From assembly GCF_009914755.1 (NCBI RefSeq), contig NC_060934.1: 64,000 bases of DNA; one strand, 5' to 3'. A program made the position numbers and the translations under genes. Origin of the DNA: the human T2T-CHM13v2.0 reference genome, Homo sapiens. Positions 39,986 to 54,231 of this stretch are shown in pieces (the stretch's first letter is position 1; the number at the start of each line of letters is the position of its first letter). The notes below the pieces were generated by a model, which did no database searches, was not told the origin of the DNA, and was given only the letters and a program-made list of their open reading frames with translations.

Positions 39986-42380
39986 TGACATCCCACCACC
40001 CTTCCTGGGCTATATCTCCTTTTCCAAGATCCAGTGAAGCCTCTGGAAAAAGCCCGGAGGTAGGAGACCCAGGGTGGGCTTGCTCCGCCATGGTCCAACC
40101 CCTGACTTGCAGGCCTTACTCCAGCAGCTCCTGCTCTGGGTGCTTTGCCATAAACCCCCAGTTTTTCCCTACAAAGGGCTCTGCAGGTGGTGCTCAGCAA
40201 AATCCCAAACTCCTCTCCATCACTCTAAGCTGCATTCACCCTTGGGAGATTCCTGGCAGCATTCTCTTCACAGTACCTCTTGAGGTGGCCTTTGAGGTGG
40301 GGACAGTCTCTGTCATCTCCTCACCCAAACTCCCCAGCATGGCTGCCCAGCAACCACCCTCCTTCTAACCACCTTCACTGAGCAGCCAGGGCTTCTGGTT
40401 GACCTGTCGCAGACACCTGGGTCTGGTTGTCTCTGGGTTGCAGCAGTCCCTCTGTTCCTTCTGATCCTTGGACCTCAGGCCCTCTTGCCTCGGAAAGACA
40501 GACAAAGGAGGCTGCTCCTCCACCTCATCCTCCTGTAAGGCAGCAGCACTCCTCAGTGTGTCTGTTGCTCAGGAGTAGATTCGCCTACCTGGGCACTCAT
40601 TTGATGGCATATTTCCGGGCCCCATCCCAGGCTTTGAGGGGCAGAATCAGTATTTGAGTCCCAGGTACTTGTCATGGATGTTACAGGCTTGGAGTCAGAG
40701 CCCCGAGTTCTCATTTCCCCTTCAAGCAACCCCTGCTCCCGGGAGTGAAGGAAGAGAGATGCATTTAGTCCTCAAGGAAGTGGGGTCTTCCAGCTGCAGA
40801 GGCTGGGAGCTTTGTTATGCATTAATTCTTGGTGCCCCGTTGTGAGGGCCAGATACCAGCAAATGTAGCAGCATTCAGCCAAAGCCCCCATTTGGTGGAG
40901 GTTTTGCACAGGGAAAATTCATGTGAGTTGTGTGGGTCGCCTTTGGGGGAAATCTTTGTGTTCAATCTTTATTACCCAAGGATCAATCGCACTCCGGAGA
41001 TTTGCTGTTTGATGTAATATTTATCTACAGACTGTCGGCTATTGTTTTGTTGGGCTGGTTCCCCTCCAGAGCCCTCTGATTGTCCTCCAGCTAGTGGGAT
41101 GGCTGCATTAAGATGCATTTCCGTTCTTCTCCATGGATGCAAACAATACACCCGGAGGTTGAAAGGTGGCCAGGATAACAGAACGACAACGCGACAACGC
41201 AGAGGAGGAGACTTTTATCCTCCTCTGCAGTCCCTGCCAGACACACCATGTGGCTGTCGTGAGCACTTCTTTATGTGTGCGGGATGTTTTATTGTCCATA
41301 AATCTCAAAGAGCCAAACTGCGGTTGTCCTTGCTGGAAGGAAATAATCTCTTGGTAAAAGCTCAGCCTCTGAAGGCATTGTCTATTCCCAGAGGTGAGAA
41401 AGTGAGATGCGCCAGGATCCAGAGCATCTGAGGGTTGTGGAGGGGAAAGTGCTGTCTTTGGGGGGGTCTCCTAAGCTCCTGTGCACCCCAGAGGAACCAC
41501 CAGGGAAGCCCTAGTGGGTAGGGGATGAGGGTATTACACACCAGATGATGGGGAACGGCTCAATTCCTCTCATGATGAGGCTGGGGAGGAGGGAAGGGAC
41601 AGTCTTCAGGCACTGACTGGGTGGAAACACCGCCAACAGAAGCTTGTTCTGGCTGGGCAGTGGCCTTTGGGCAAGGCCAACTGACAAAAGTGCTGGACTG
41701 AAGCTGTTGACTTGCAGGAAAGCCCACCTCTCTCCCAGCTGAGCCCCGCAATCCAGGTATTCGCTCCGATACCAACCTGACCTGCCTTCTGGGTCCTTCC
41801 CAATCCAAACTCCCACTTATTCCTCCTGGAACCTGATAACAACAGCTGAGCCCAAATAAAGTGGGAGACATTGAGCTATCAGTGGGCAGACATTGTGTGC
41901 CGCGAGCATCAACTAGAGAGACAGACACCTGTAATGAGTAACCAGTACATGACCACATATATGGAATCTCAGTGGCCTCCTACCCTTCCTTCCCAATCCC
42001 GTCCCCATCTTATAAGGAAGAAGGCTTCTTAAAGATCAGAATTCCCTTTTTTCCTTGCTATTTCCACCTCTGATTTGCTACTGTTTCTGTGACTGAGACA
42101 TGTGATTGAGAATGTACCGCAGGGGATGCTATGGCTTTTCGGGGTTGCTCTGGGAATATGGGGGATTCGATGTCCACATTAGGACTGGAGGTGTGGCTCC
42201 CAGCTCCACCTTGCATTAAAATCCTTTCCATAATTTGCACCATAACTTTCAGACACAGAAAAGGGCCATGAAGATCAAAGTTAATCAGAACCTGAACTCT
42301 GATGCGTCCAAACAGTGACAGCAAAGAGCAAACAGCAGGTGCGTGATCACACCAGGCACCATCCTACCACTTCACGTGTG

Positions 42381-42714
42381 CAGTCAGATGCCACATAAAA
42401 TGCCTCAGTCAACCATGGACTCCACTTATGACAGCACTCCCATAGGTTATAATGTATGTTTACTGTAGCTTTTCTATGTTTAGATATACAAATCCTTACC
42501 ATTGTGTTACAATTGCCTTCCAGTATTCAGCACAGCCACACGCCGTCCAGGTTTGTAGCCTAGAGCACTAGGCTACACTAGATACCTGGGTATGCTGGAG
42601 GCAGTACCTCCTAGAGTATAGCGTAAGTACCCTCTAGGAGGCTTGCACAAGGACAAAATCTCCTCCTGATGCATTTCTCAGAATGTATTCTCATTGTCAA
42701 GCAACACATGACTG
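42381..42714. mobile_element. Tigger3-like (TcMar) non-autonomous DNA transposon, inserted in a MIR-like remnant
   Basis: Terminal inverted repeats cagtca.../...tgactg; internal 'ccattgtgttacaattgcct..cagtattcag', 'caggtttgtagcctag', 'gatgcatttctcagaatgtat'. MIR-like 'gaggaagctgaggcagagag' follows. Confidence 0.85.
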
Positions 42715-44927
42715 CACGGCATCTCGGATCCTCATGGCAGACCTCTGAGGTCCATGCCCCTGTCACTATCATGCCCGTTTGGCAGTGGAGGAAGCTGAGG
42801 CAGAGAGGGGCTACGTGCTTTGCAGAGTAACACAGCAGGGTGGGGGCAGGGCCAGGATTAAAACCCCAGCTTAGAATCTGCGTTTTTATCCTACACACTG
42901 CAGGCCCCAAACACATCATGAAAACTGCATGAAGTCAACATTGCAGATTTGGGCAAATGCACGTCTCAGGATCGATGTAGCCCAGCTAAGCAAATTTACC
43001 TGGTGCGCAGTGAATTTACTCAATGGAAGACATCAAAAATTGTTCCTGCACACAAGCTCCGCACACAGTGGCAGGTCTAATCCAGGCTCAGTGGAGACTG
43101 GCTTCCTTAGTAAATGGAATCTTGCTGGGCAGATGAGAAGTCCATTATCAGACAAGTATGGTCTAGTTCAAAGAATCTTCCCATTGCAGCAATGGAGCAC
43201 CCTCCCATCCCTGAGGATAGAGTTGCTATTGAGACTTGAGTTCAGCTGGCTCTGGATCCCACAGACCACTCACCATCAGGAGCTGGAGGCCAGTGTGGAG
43301 AGAGATGCAGGGCTCAGGACCACATCTGGAGGAGGGCTAGAGAGTGCCCCGAGTGGGGCATGGGGCAGAGGAACACTGACCATAAGGGACCCTGCACAGG
43401 GCCTGGCCACAGAATAAGGAAAGCCACATCCACTGCACTCCACAGGGGCACTACCTGCCAGCGTCCAGAGCCGGGAATTGTTAGGAGCTTCTCACACTGG
43501 CCCAGGATCACACACAGGGTCAGGTCAGGCTGGGCCACTGTCTCTCTGGAACTGACCCATCCCCGCGGTCGGCCGTGTCCTTACCTGTGCAACCTGAAAC
43601 TAACACACAAGCAACCTTGGCTTCCCTGGAGGGACAGAGTGGCAGCATGGCCTATCCTCAGTTCTACCCTGATTCAAAACTAGATTGACATTGGTGGCAT
43701 TTATGTACTCCAGAGTACAAAAGGAAACAAACATGGTAACTTCCTAGGATGATCATGTAAGAACCAGGTAATGGTGGTGGTTGGTTTGTGTCTTCTTTGT
43801 TTCTGGTTATTTTATCAGAAACAAGGTGTACAGCTGCCAACACATCCAATACTCAAGCCTTCAGTGGACCATTCACCCCCTAGGAGGGACCCCTGACTTC
43901 ATTATGGGCCCTGCAGCTGTTAGGGAGAAGTGACTTGGTGTTTCTTCCCTTTTTATGAAAAAAAAAATATATAAGTAAGTTAGTAGTGGAGTTATCCAAT
44001 AAAAATTAAGTAAATGAATTAAATAAATATTTGCTTTATTGTAAAATTTGAATTTTCAATGGCAAAATAGCCTTGTGAAAAATTAAATGGTTTGATTGCT
44101 AGCTTAATAAAATCCCCCAGAGACAACTTTTAGGGAAAAATTAAGTGGTGAATGAGTGGGACCAACAACACCCAAGCAATCTGTTTGTCATTTTCCTTTC
44201 AGAATTAATAATTTGATGTAAAATTCTCTCATGCAAGGAAGCATCTCAGAGTTCTGTGGTTCTTTCCAAAGCAGGTGGCAGATCTCTCTGGCTTTCTTTG
44301 TGCCTGGACCCTGATGAGGTTCATTTTGACATATGGGCAGATATTTGGGGGGAAAAGTTTAGATTTCTCTGGATATTTGCCAAGATAAAACAATAAAATG
44401 TTGGTTCACTTTTCTATGTTTTGTTATGACTAATTGTACCAATCAGGGTTCTCTAGAGAAACACAATGAGAAGTGTGTTCATGTCAGTGTGTGTGTGTGT
44501 GTCTGTCTGTATATGTGTGCAGGATCTGTGGTTACAGTTTACCCTGGAGTAAGACACAGATATAAACATAGGTGTGTATGTGGGTATACACATAGGTGTC
44601 CCAGCTGTGCCCATGGTTCACCCTTTTTTTTTTATACCTCCCTGGTTTCCTCCATAGCATCTATCATCTAATTAACCACAGATTTTATTTATTTTCTATT
44701 TGTTGACTGTGTCCGTGCACTAGAACATAAGCTGTTAGCTCTACGAAGACAAAGATGTGTTGTTGGGGTTTTTTTGGTTTTTGTTTAGTATTAAAAAATT
44801 ACGCCTTTCTTATTGTTCATGGGTCTACAGGTTAGTATATGACTCTGCAACTTGGGTGGGGCTCACGTGATTTTGGTTGGATTCATTCATTCATGTCTTG
44901 GAAGGCAGCGGTCATTCATGAGGTAGT

Positions 44928-44948
44928 TTCAGTACCGCGGACAGCGCT
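44928..44948 (+). promoter_or_regulatory. Canonical RE1/NRSE (REST binding site)
   Basis: TTCAGTACC-GC-GGACAGCGCT versus TTCAGCACC-nn-GGACAGCGCC: 2 mismatches, correct 2-nt spacer. Confidence 0.75.
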
Positions 44949-47364
44949 GAGCATGTCCCTGGTGTTCAATGAATTTTCATTAAAGGCATCTTGATTCAGA
45001 TCCCTAATTGAAGGGTGCGCGTTCTTTTCATTGTAACCCAATTTTGTAGCATCCCTAGAATTTGGGCCAGTAGCTTCCATTTACCATTTTACTATTTAAT
45101 GATACAGAAATCAAAGGAGGCTGCCGCACTCGAGCCTCACTGCTCTGCTCTTTCCCCTGGTCCTTGGCAGAAGATAATGATCATGTTCACAACATCAATT
45201 TGGGGCTGAAAGTCACAGGGCAACCCACGAAACACCTAGCTGATCATTTGGAATCCCTTCACCTAACATTTGGACTTATTTTTATAGCAGGAAATATCTA
45301 AAAGGATTTTTCATTTTTGGAATTTAAAAAGAAATTTGGGGTTATTTTCAATGTCACTTTATTAAAATAGAAGCTGAAACTGCTTCGAAGCCTTGCCAAA
45401 TGCAGTGAATTTCCCATTTATCGAGGCTTTTTTCAGCATGAGCCGATTGCTTATTTTCTCCCCTTTGCCATGTAGTGGGATAATAGCCCTCCTTCCAAAT
45501 TGGTTTATCTCAGTCCACAGGAGTTTATAGCTCAGTGTCAGGCAAAGAAACCCTTCACTTGGATGCGTTTCAGTGTAGAATTGACAATGACAGCCAGCGG
45601 GAAAAGAGTCTCCACCAGGACGCAGACACTGACCTAACATAGTCTGTTTTCTCGCTATCTCAGAAATCGCTTTCAGAATGAAGGGGGAGACCCACGACAG
45701 AGAGGGGGATGCCACCTGATTCACAAGCTTTGCTTCCAGCCTGAACTCAGGCTGCCACATGAAGTGCAGTCCCAGAGCTCCATGCTCCTTCTGCCATTTG
45801 GACCCACATGAGTTTGTTCTGGGACTGTGGACAAGTAACTTCTTCACTCTAGATTTTAGTGCTCAAAATACAAAACACGCTGTGCCATTGGTCCTCTGCC
45901 ATTGATAATGCCTTCTCCCTTTGAGCTGTTGTCTCTGCCTCTTGCTATACAAGATTCTGATAAGTAGTAACTTGATAAAGATCATGAGAGAAGGGACAGA
46001 GCACAAAGGATCCCAGAAGGACTCATCAATCAAATCCTGAACACTGGAAACTGACCCCACTGTCCAGCCAGTGTTAAAATCACTGGGCACAGTTATAGCT
46101 TTAAATTGAGAGTGGGTTAAAGCACAACACAGGGTTTGCATTCCTTCGGTAGGAATGGTTTCTAAAAACCGGCAAGTTCAACTGAAATGCAATGGCAAAA
46201 ATACTGCTCTTGGGGTTTTTATTTTCACATTCATAAAAAGGGTTGTTTGCAGCCTGACTTGTTACTGAGACACATCCAATGTGATGCTCTGCGTGAGGGA
46301 GGCAGAACCCCTGCAAACACTCCGTGGGCCTTGGTTATCCCAGACACTGCCCTTGCTATTAGCTTGATGCTAGACCCAGAACCGATGATGATTATCAAGG
46401 ATGACAGGGCTCTCACACGGCTATCACATACAAGCTTTGAGAGAGGCCATAGCTGCTCACATCTCAATAAGGGGCTGCCCTGGAATGACCCCCAAATCAT
46501 ACATGCAGCTCACTATAAGGTTTAATGTGGAATCCTGACAGCTTTTGAGATGAACCAGCTCTTTTTAGGTCTGGGCTCCCAAGTGACTATTGCAGGCTCA
46601 GGATATGCAACATCTTTTACTTTGTAAGGAGTTATTAAAGGCCGAAGCCATTCCCTTCATTAATTATATGTCAGTTATTTGAAAATCAGTCCACCATTCA
46701 CATCATTTCTCTGTCCTTTTTCAAAGGCGGTTCCTGACGTTTTCCTTTCAGCTGTTTAGTCAGGCTCAGGCTGCCTATAAAGACACTTTTCACTGAAATA
46801 ATAGGAAGGCAAATCCCAGGGCAAGAATCTGACAAAATTGTTAGTTATTGCACAGAGAAATAAGGGAATAGGTGCAGGAATGCGCTCACAAGAAGCTGTA
46901 TTTTAATGACAGAGGAACGAATGGGAAAAACGGCATTTCCTACAGTAGCTTTAAAAATCAATTACTGCAGTTTTCAGTGGAGAAATATGTCTACTCAGCA
47001 TAACTGTTTCGTCCCCTACATTAATAAGAAATATTTTTCTGATTCTCGGACTCTGCAGCTCACAACCAAACATGCCCCGGCTCTGAGGGATAACTTCTTT
47101 GCCCCCAGAAAGGAACAGGATTGTGAACTAGTTCCTCCCCACATCACTGAAGATTAATATTCAATTCTGTTAACCGAAGGTTTTCAAGCTCAGCTCCTCA
47201 CTTTGTTTCAACATAAAATGTGCAACTGCTAGGATGTCACCGAGAGATGGACGGCGGCAGGGACTGGGGAGCACGAGGTTCACCATCTCAAGGCCTCACG
47301 TCAGTGCGTCTTTCTTTCTCATTGCCAATTATTTGTAAGCGCAAGAGCAGAATAAAGAATATTA

Positions 47365-47689
<325 letters not shown>

Positions 47690-48452
47690 CTATATTGCCC
47701 TTCGGAGTACAGGCCCTGGTTAGCCCAGCCTGTCGTCCTTGTGCCTGGGCAAGCAGCAATGCCAGGTGCATCCTCCAGCCTGTCCGAAGAGGAGGTTTTG
47801 ACCAAGGAAGAGAATTTCCCCCAAAAGTAAAGACAGTAAAACATTTGGCAAGCGATCCTGTGTGCCACAAGGGGGCCCCGGGTTTGAGGATTTTCCTCAT
47901 CTCTTTGTGTTCTCCATGACAGAAATTATCATTTTATACCTAGTAATAAGGTTGTTGGAGTGTGTGCACATTGGAAAATTTCGAGCAGAGAAAACAAGGG
48001 GCGCTTCTCTTAATTAAGGAAGTGAGACTCTGCCTCGTGTGAGTTGGCTCCCGCAGGCGGTGAAACTGCCTCTTGGCTAAATGGAGTCCTGGTGGCCGGG
48101 AGCTGACCACTGGGTCTGGCTGAGGACGCAGCTCCAGGCCGGGACATTGTCGCTCCCTGCTCCGGCTCTCAGGGCCTGCCTGTCTCAGCAGCTCCACCTC
48201 CTGAAGGCAGGCGATTATCTGTTCATGTGGTCCGCACGCTGACGAGATTGTCTTTTGAAGCTGAGAGGGAGAAGCACTTGGCAGAGCTCCCCGAAGCAGA
48301 TAACGTCCCTTCCATTAAGTAATGATTGCACTATCAGAGCTCAGAAGCTTGTCAACATATCACAACGACAATAGCACTGTAGCATCTGCCTAAAGACAGT
48401 CCGTGGTCATCCATGGCTCCCTTGAAGGCTATGGCAGAAACGCTGTCAGGCT

Positions 48453-48753
48453 GGCCAGGTGCCGTGGCTCATGCCTGTAATCCCAGCAGTTTGGGAGGCT
48501 GAGGCGGGTGGATCACCTGAGGTCAGGAGTTTGAGACCAGCCTGGCCAACATTGCAAAACTCCGTCTCTACCAAAAATACAAAAAAATTACCCCAGCATG
48601 GTGGTGCGCACCTGTAATTCCAGCTACTCAGGAGGCTGAGGCAGGAGAATTGCTTGAACCTAGGGGGTAGAGGTTGCAGTGAGCTGAGATCATACCATCT
48701 CCAGACTGGTCAAAAAAGCAAAACTCTGTCTCAAAAAAAAAAACAAAAAAAAA
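48453..48753 (+). mobile_element. Alu (S-type)
   Basis: ggccaggtgccgtggctcatgcctgtaatcccagc...ctctgtctc followed by poly-A. Confidence 0.95.
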
Positions 48754-48758
48754 TTGGT

Positions 48759-49046
<288 letters not shown>

Positions 49047-49884
49047 TCATGGGCACCATGGACCTGGCAGCCCACTCCCAATCTCTGAGTCCGAAGATGT
49101 GTGATGCCTGCGTGTGCACTTGCACGTCTGTCTGCACATGCATGCATTTTGTGTTTGTGCAACTGTGTATCTGTGTGTGTGTGCATGCTCATCCGTTCTA
49201 ACAGGGACCCGCTGTGGGGAGATGATCTAAGTAAGCGTATTAAGGACCAGAAATAGAAGCTCCAAGCTTCTGATGACAAGGGCTATGGCTTTCCTGCCAA
49301 GATAGCTCAGATGCTGGCACATGGTGAGTCTTCAATAACGGCTGAAAGTGAATAAAATGGCGACTGTGTGGTGAGGAAACAGTTAATACAACCAGAGCAA
49401 GGTTTTTTTTTCACTGAAGACTAAATGAGGCCACCTTTTCATGTGCAACTCACCAGGTGAGAGGGAAACCCCTCCCCACACTGCTCTTCCTGCCCTCTGA
49501 GCCAACTGATATCCTGGGATAAGAACTCCATCCGCGCCACCCTCAGAGCCCCACTTAGGAAGGCGTCTGTTCGTGTCTGAGCTGACTACATTTTGAGGCA
49601 GATAGGCAGACTCGCTCTTGGAAGTGTGGCTATCTTCCAGTCTGTCACATTGCTGAAAAGTATCAAGCAGAACTATTCATGAACAATGTGAGACAGTAAA
49701 AGAGGAAACCAAAAACAACTTCAGCAGAAATGTCTGTTTAATTAAAATTAAATTCTAGTGCCTGTATAATATGTATATACCATTTAAAACAAATCCAACA
49801 TAAAATCCTGTTAATGTACATAAACAATAAATTAGTGAGTAGTCATTTGCATCATACGATTTTTCTTCTCTTTGTAAAAAAGCT

Positions 49885-49990
49885 TTCATTCATTTATTTG
49901 TTGCACAAACATTCCTGGGCATAAACTGAGCTTCTAACAATAATTGAGACAGACACAGCACCTGCCCTCATGGAGCCCATGCTAGAGAGA
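49885..49990 (-). mobile_element. L2 3'-end remnant
   Basis: 'ttcattcatttatttg..caaacatt...gagacagacacagcacctgccctcatggagc'. Confidence 0.6.
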
Positions 49991-52900
49991 GGGAGGCAGT
50001 GAGGGGGTTCACAGAATGTGAGGCTGATGGTGTGACCAGCCAGAGCTGCATTCAAGCAACAGCAGAAGCCAAAGGAGGCAGATGGAGGAGCAGCTTGGGG
50101 GGTATGAGAGGAAAAGGGCACTTCTTGGCTCCAGCACTCAGGAAAGGATATCTATAATGCTCCAGCCAGGTGTCTCTGTCACCACAGGTGACGTTATGCT
50201 GCAGTAACAAAAATCTCCCAAACCTCAGGGCTTTAAAAACTAAGCTGAATTTCTCACTCACACAAGGACTGCCATGGGTCTGGGAGCTCCCCAAGACAAG
50301 TGTCCTCCAGGTGGAGACAGCAGCCAGGGACAAAGGCCGGACCTTCTAGAGTCTGCACAGTCTGGATGCTCAGCTTCCTGGTTGGCTAGAAGTTCTCATG
50401 CTGATAATTAAATGCTTGGCCTGCTGGTGACACATGTCAACCCTGCCCCCAACCCACTGGACTGAGGAAGTCATATAGCCCTTCTGACGCTGAGCAGTCA
50501 GCGGAGGGAGACTATTTATTTGCTGGGAAGGAGGCAAGAACTGGGCGTTGTTGAGTAGCCGTCACAGCGCCCATGCTGGTGCATTACTGTGAAGAGAAGC
50601 AAAGTATGAAACTACGGACAGTGCCGGGAGTTATGAGGGGGTGCGGCCGTCTAGAGATGCTTGTGCTGGGGAGAGGTGGGCGTTTATGAGGCTGAATGGG
50701 ACCCAGAGTGGGACCCTTCCTAGAGGTCCCGCTGGCGGCATCAAGGCCCCCTTCTCTATTGTTGGCGCAGAATCAGCCCAGACAGCCCAGTGAGATCCAG
50801 CCAGTGGTCAGTCCCGGGGCAGGGGCGGTGGGGAGGGAGGTATCTTGCAAAAATTAAGGCTCATCTGCACTTGAGGGGGAAACATGCTAATTCCTTGTAG
50901 AAAATACTCTTGTTTCTTCCATCTCAATTTTATCTGTTCAATAATACTATTCGGAGAAAACATGTTTCATAGACTCTTGGTTCAACTTGAAAGAAGTTCT
51001 TGTAGGTAAGAAAGGGAAGGTTTTAAGAAAGGCCTGTTTCTATTTGATCTTAGCCAAAAGGCTGGGAAGCGATTGAGAGGCCTGGTTTCCAGTGGCAGTT
51101 GTACTTTAACAGAAGAGATTTCAAAGATCGTTGGTTTACCACAATCACAGCTTGAGCACTCCCACAGATGAAGTGAGAAGCGCCTTTGCCCATCAGCCCT
51201 GCCTCTGCTCCAGGTCATCACTCCCTGAACCAAGATGTCCCTCGGGGGGGGCAGTTCAACCGCAGGCAACGACTCTGGATCCAAGGCCACGGTTATTGCT
51301 CATTCTCACGTCCCCCGGTCCTCGGGGAGGAGGAGCTGTCCTGTCCGCAGGGTCCTAGCGTCACGATGGCGAGAAGGGGGAATCCTGGAAAGCTGTTTCC
51401 CAGCCACTCTGCAGGGAAACATGGTGGTGGCCCTACAGGGACACAGACTTGGAAACAGCTGGCCCCGTGGTGATCCCTGACTGGGGCACCACTGTGCAGG
51501 GAACACTGGGGCATCACTAATTTCCAAGTGGTTAATACCCTAGGGCAGTGGTACTGAGAATTTTAATGGTGATATTTGCTTTCAATTAATTTTTCACAAA
51601 ATGAACTGAATCTCATTACAACTGAGGGTTTAATTGATGCGGATCTGTACAGGGCACCACATCAAGCACTTTGATGGATTGTGTGATTCATCCCTTGGTC
51701 TTTCAGGGAAGACAGGCTTATTCATCAATTTATTCATTCCATTGTTTTTTGAATACAAGGGACCCCAATTTCAGACAGGAAGGCAGAACCTTCCATACTC
51801 TGCTGATCACCAGCCCCACCCAGCCTCACCTGGTGCGAGCCCAGCCTGAACTTTATTCCCAGCATGATGGTCAGCAAAGACCAGTGATGGATTTTCTCTG
51901 CCATTCACTTCTGCCTCTCCATCCGCCCTGGCTGTACCCACCGTCTGGACCCCTGCCTTTCTTGGTGCCCATGTTTCCAGATTCTTCTCTCTTCCAGCCA
52001 TGCTCCAGACATGCCCCTTCTCACAGCCTTCTCCTCATCAACTCAAGCCTGACCCTTGGTGTTTCTCAGATTTGTTTATTCCCTGCTGTCTCTTCCCTCT
52101 TGGTTGTCTTCCCTGAGTGACTCCACCCAGTATGGTGCTGGCCCTGCCCTCCCTGATCTCTGTCCAGGCTCTGCAAGCTTCAGCTGCATAGGCAACACCT
52201 CCAGGTCGACATACCCAAAGCTCAGGATCCTTTGCCCAGATCCCGGAACAGCTGGCTCCTCTGCACTCCCACTCAGATCGGGAAGCTCCCAGCCTTCCAA
52301 ATGCCAACTCCAGACATTTTAGCACAATCCTCTCTGTCCATCTCTGGTCCTACAGATTGGTCCTTTGATCCTGCTCCATCCTCTGAAGCCTCAGCCTTCC
52401 TTCTCATGGTGCTTCCCGTGAGTGCAAGTAAGAAAAGCAAATGCTCCCAGGTGCCCCAGCTCCTAGGCTTACCCCTTCTATTTCATAACAGCTCCCACAC
52501 GACTTCTCTGCTAGAACCATTTCTGTAAAACCACACCTGATGTGTCACCTGTTGTGGAGGTGCCACGGGTCTAAAGGAATCCCTGCACTACATGACTCCC
52601 CTCCCACAGACTCCACACCAAGCAGTCCTGAGCTTCCCTCTGCTGCAAGCCCTATGTCCTTTCTCCATTATCCACAGGTCTGCTTCTTCTTCAAGCTCCA
52701 GGTCAGATGCAACTCTCTGGTGATGTTTGTCTGAACACCCAAACAGGGGTGGCCAGTCCTTCTTGGATGTTTCTCAGGACAACAGGGATATTCCTGTAAT
52801 GTGCAAAAGCCATACCACGTCTTATCCACCTCTTATGGGTCGACTTCCCTTGCTAGACTGGGACCTTGTTAGGTTAGGACGTGTATCTCAGTGGGAGCAG

Positions 52901-53279
52901 TACTTGGCACCCAGTGGTGCTCAGCGTGCACGGGACGTGAAGATCATGTGAAGCACGTGGCCTCTAAGAGCCTACATAGTGGAGAAAAAAAATACTGGAA
53001 CATTCTATTTCATGCACAAACTTGCCACGTGCTACATTCACCAGCGGCTTACACATCCCGACCTTCCTATCTCTAAGCTAAATAAAGTATTAAAAAGGAT
53101 TTTCCTTCATTTACATTCAGGAATTTCATTACGATCACAGAGTACTGGAGAGAGATGAGGCTCAGATTCTATATAAGCAGCAGTTTGGGCTTTGTGATAT
53201 GACTCTGCCTCTAACTGGAAGTGTGACTTGACCAGTTTCTTAATCACGAGGGGCCCCAGATGGCTTCTCTGTCTTGAAG

Positions 53280-53351
53280 ACTCAGAGGTCCCAGTATGGT
53301 GTCTGCCCAGGACAAACTCAGAGGTCCCAGTATGGTGTCTGCCCAGGACAC
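53280..53351. repeat. Tandem duplication, ~36-bp unit, 2 copies
   Basis: actcagaggtcccagtatggtgtctgcccaggaca occurs twice. Confidence 0.93.
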
Positions 53352-54124
53352 AGGCATATTCAAAATGGCTCACCGTGAGGTTCCTCTCACTTTACTGTTA
53401 TCAGCATTATTTTCGGGGTCATTTAGTTAACAGGTGTTACTGGAACACCTATTAGGTTCTAGGTGCCAGGTGCCAAGCTACATGCAGATACTGAAGACAC
53501 ATGAAGCATGACCAGCTCTTGAAATCCATGGCAGGAACATGCTCTCATAGCAAGCATCATCACGTCTAACCTCTTCTTGGCCCTCGGTCTGGGAACCAGG
53601 ACCTCTTTTCTTAACTCCATTGTGATGGCCCCCCGCTGATCCTGTAGGTTAATGAAGCAAATTCTTCTTTCTGCAGATTCAAGACCAAAGCTGGGGACTG
53701 ACCATGGCAGGACAGGGTTCCAATGCCTTCCAACCATCCCTCCCCTTGAGGACAGTGGTGGCATGGATGTCCACAGCCAATGATTCACATGTCCTGTGTC
53801 TGTGCTGGGGCTATGGGGAGCCAGGCTGTGATGATTGCCGTTTCCACCCAGCCTCCAGGATCCTGGGACTTTTCCTTCTGCAGAAGTGGGAAGAGAAATA
53901 TTTGCCTTACAAAGCTGAATTGCATTTCTAAGTCATGCTACTTGGCAGCACTGTATCCTCAAGCTGTTCAATGTTTTCTTGGCTGCTTTTCTGACATGTA
54001 AATTAAACTATCATTTCTGCCCCAGCTATTTTTTTTCTGGTGGTTCACAAAGTGAATGCTGTAGAAAAGTTAGTTCTACACAAGAATTGAAAACATCTTA
54101 AACATTGTATTCGTTGCTTATCAT

Positions 54125-54231
54125 ATTGATGATCTTTTTCCAAAGTAAGCCAACTCATTGACCAAACAGCACTCCCCGATTGATGATCTTTTTCCAAAGT
54201 AAGCCAACTCATTGACCAAACAGCACTCCCC
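54125..54231. repeat. Near-perfect tandem duplication, 54-bp unit, 2 copies
   Basis: attgatgatctttttccaaagtaagccaactcattgaccaaacagcactcccc occurs twice. Confidence 0.95.
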
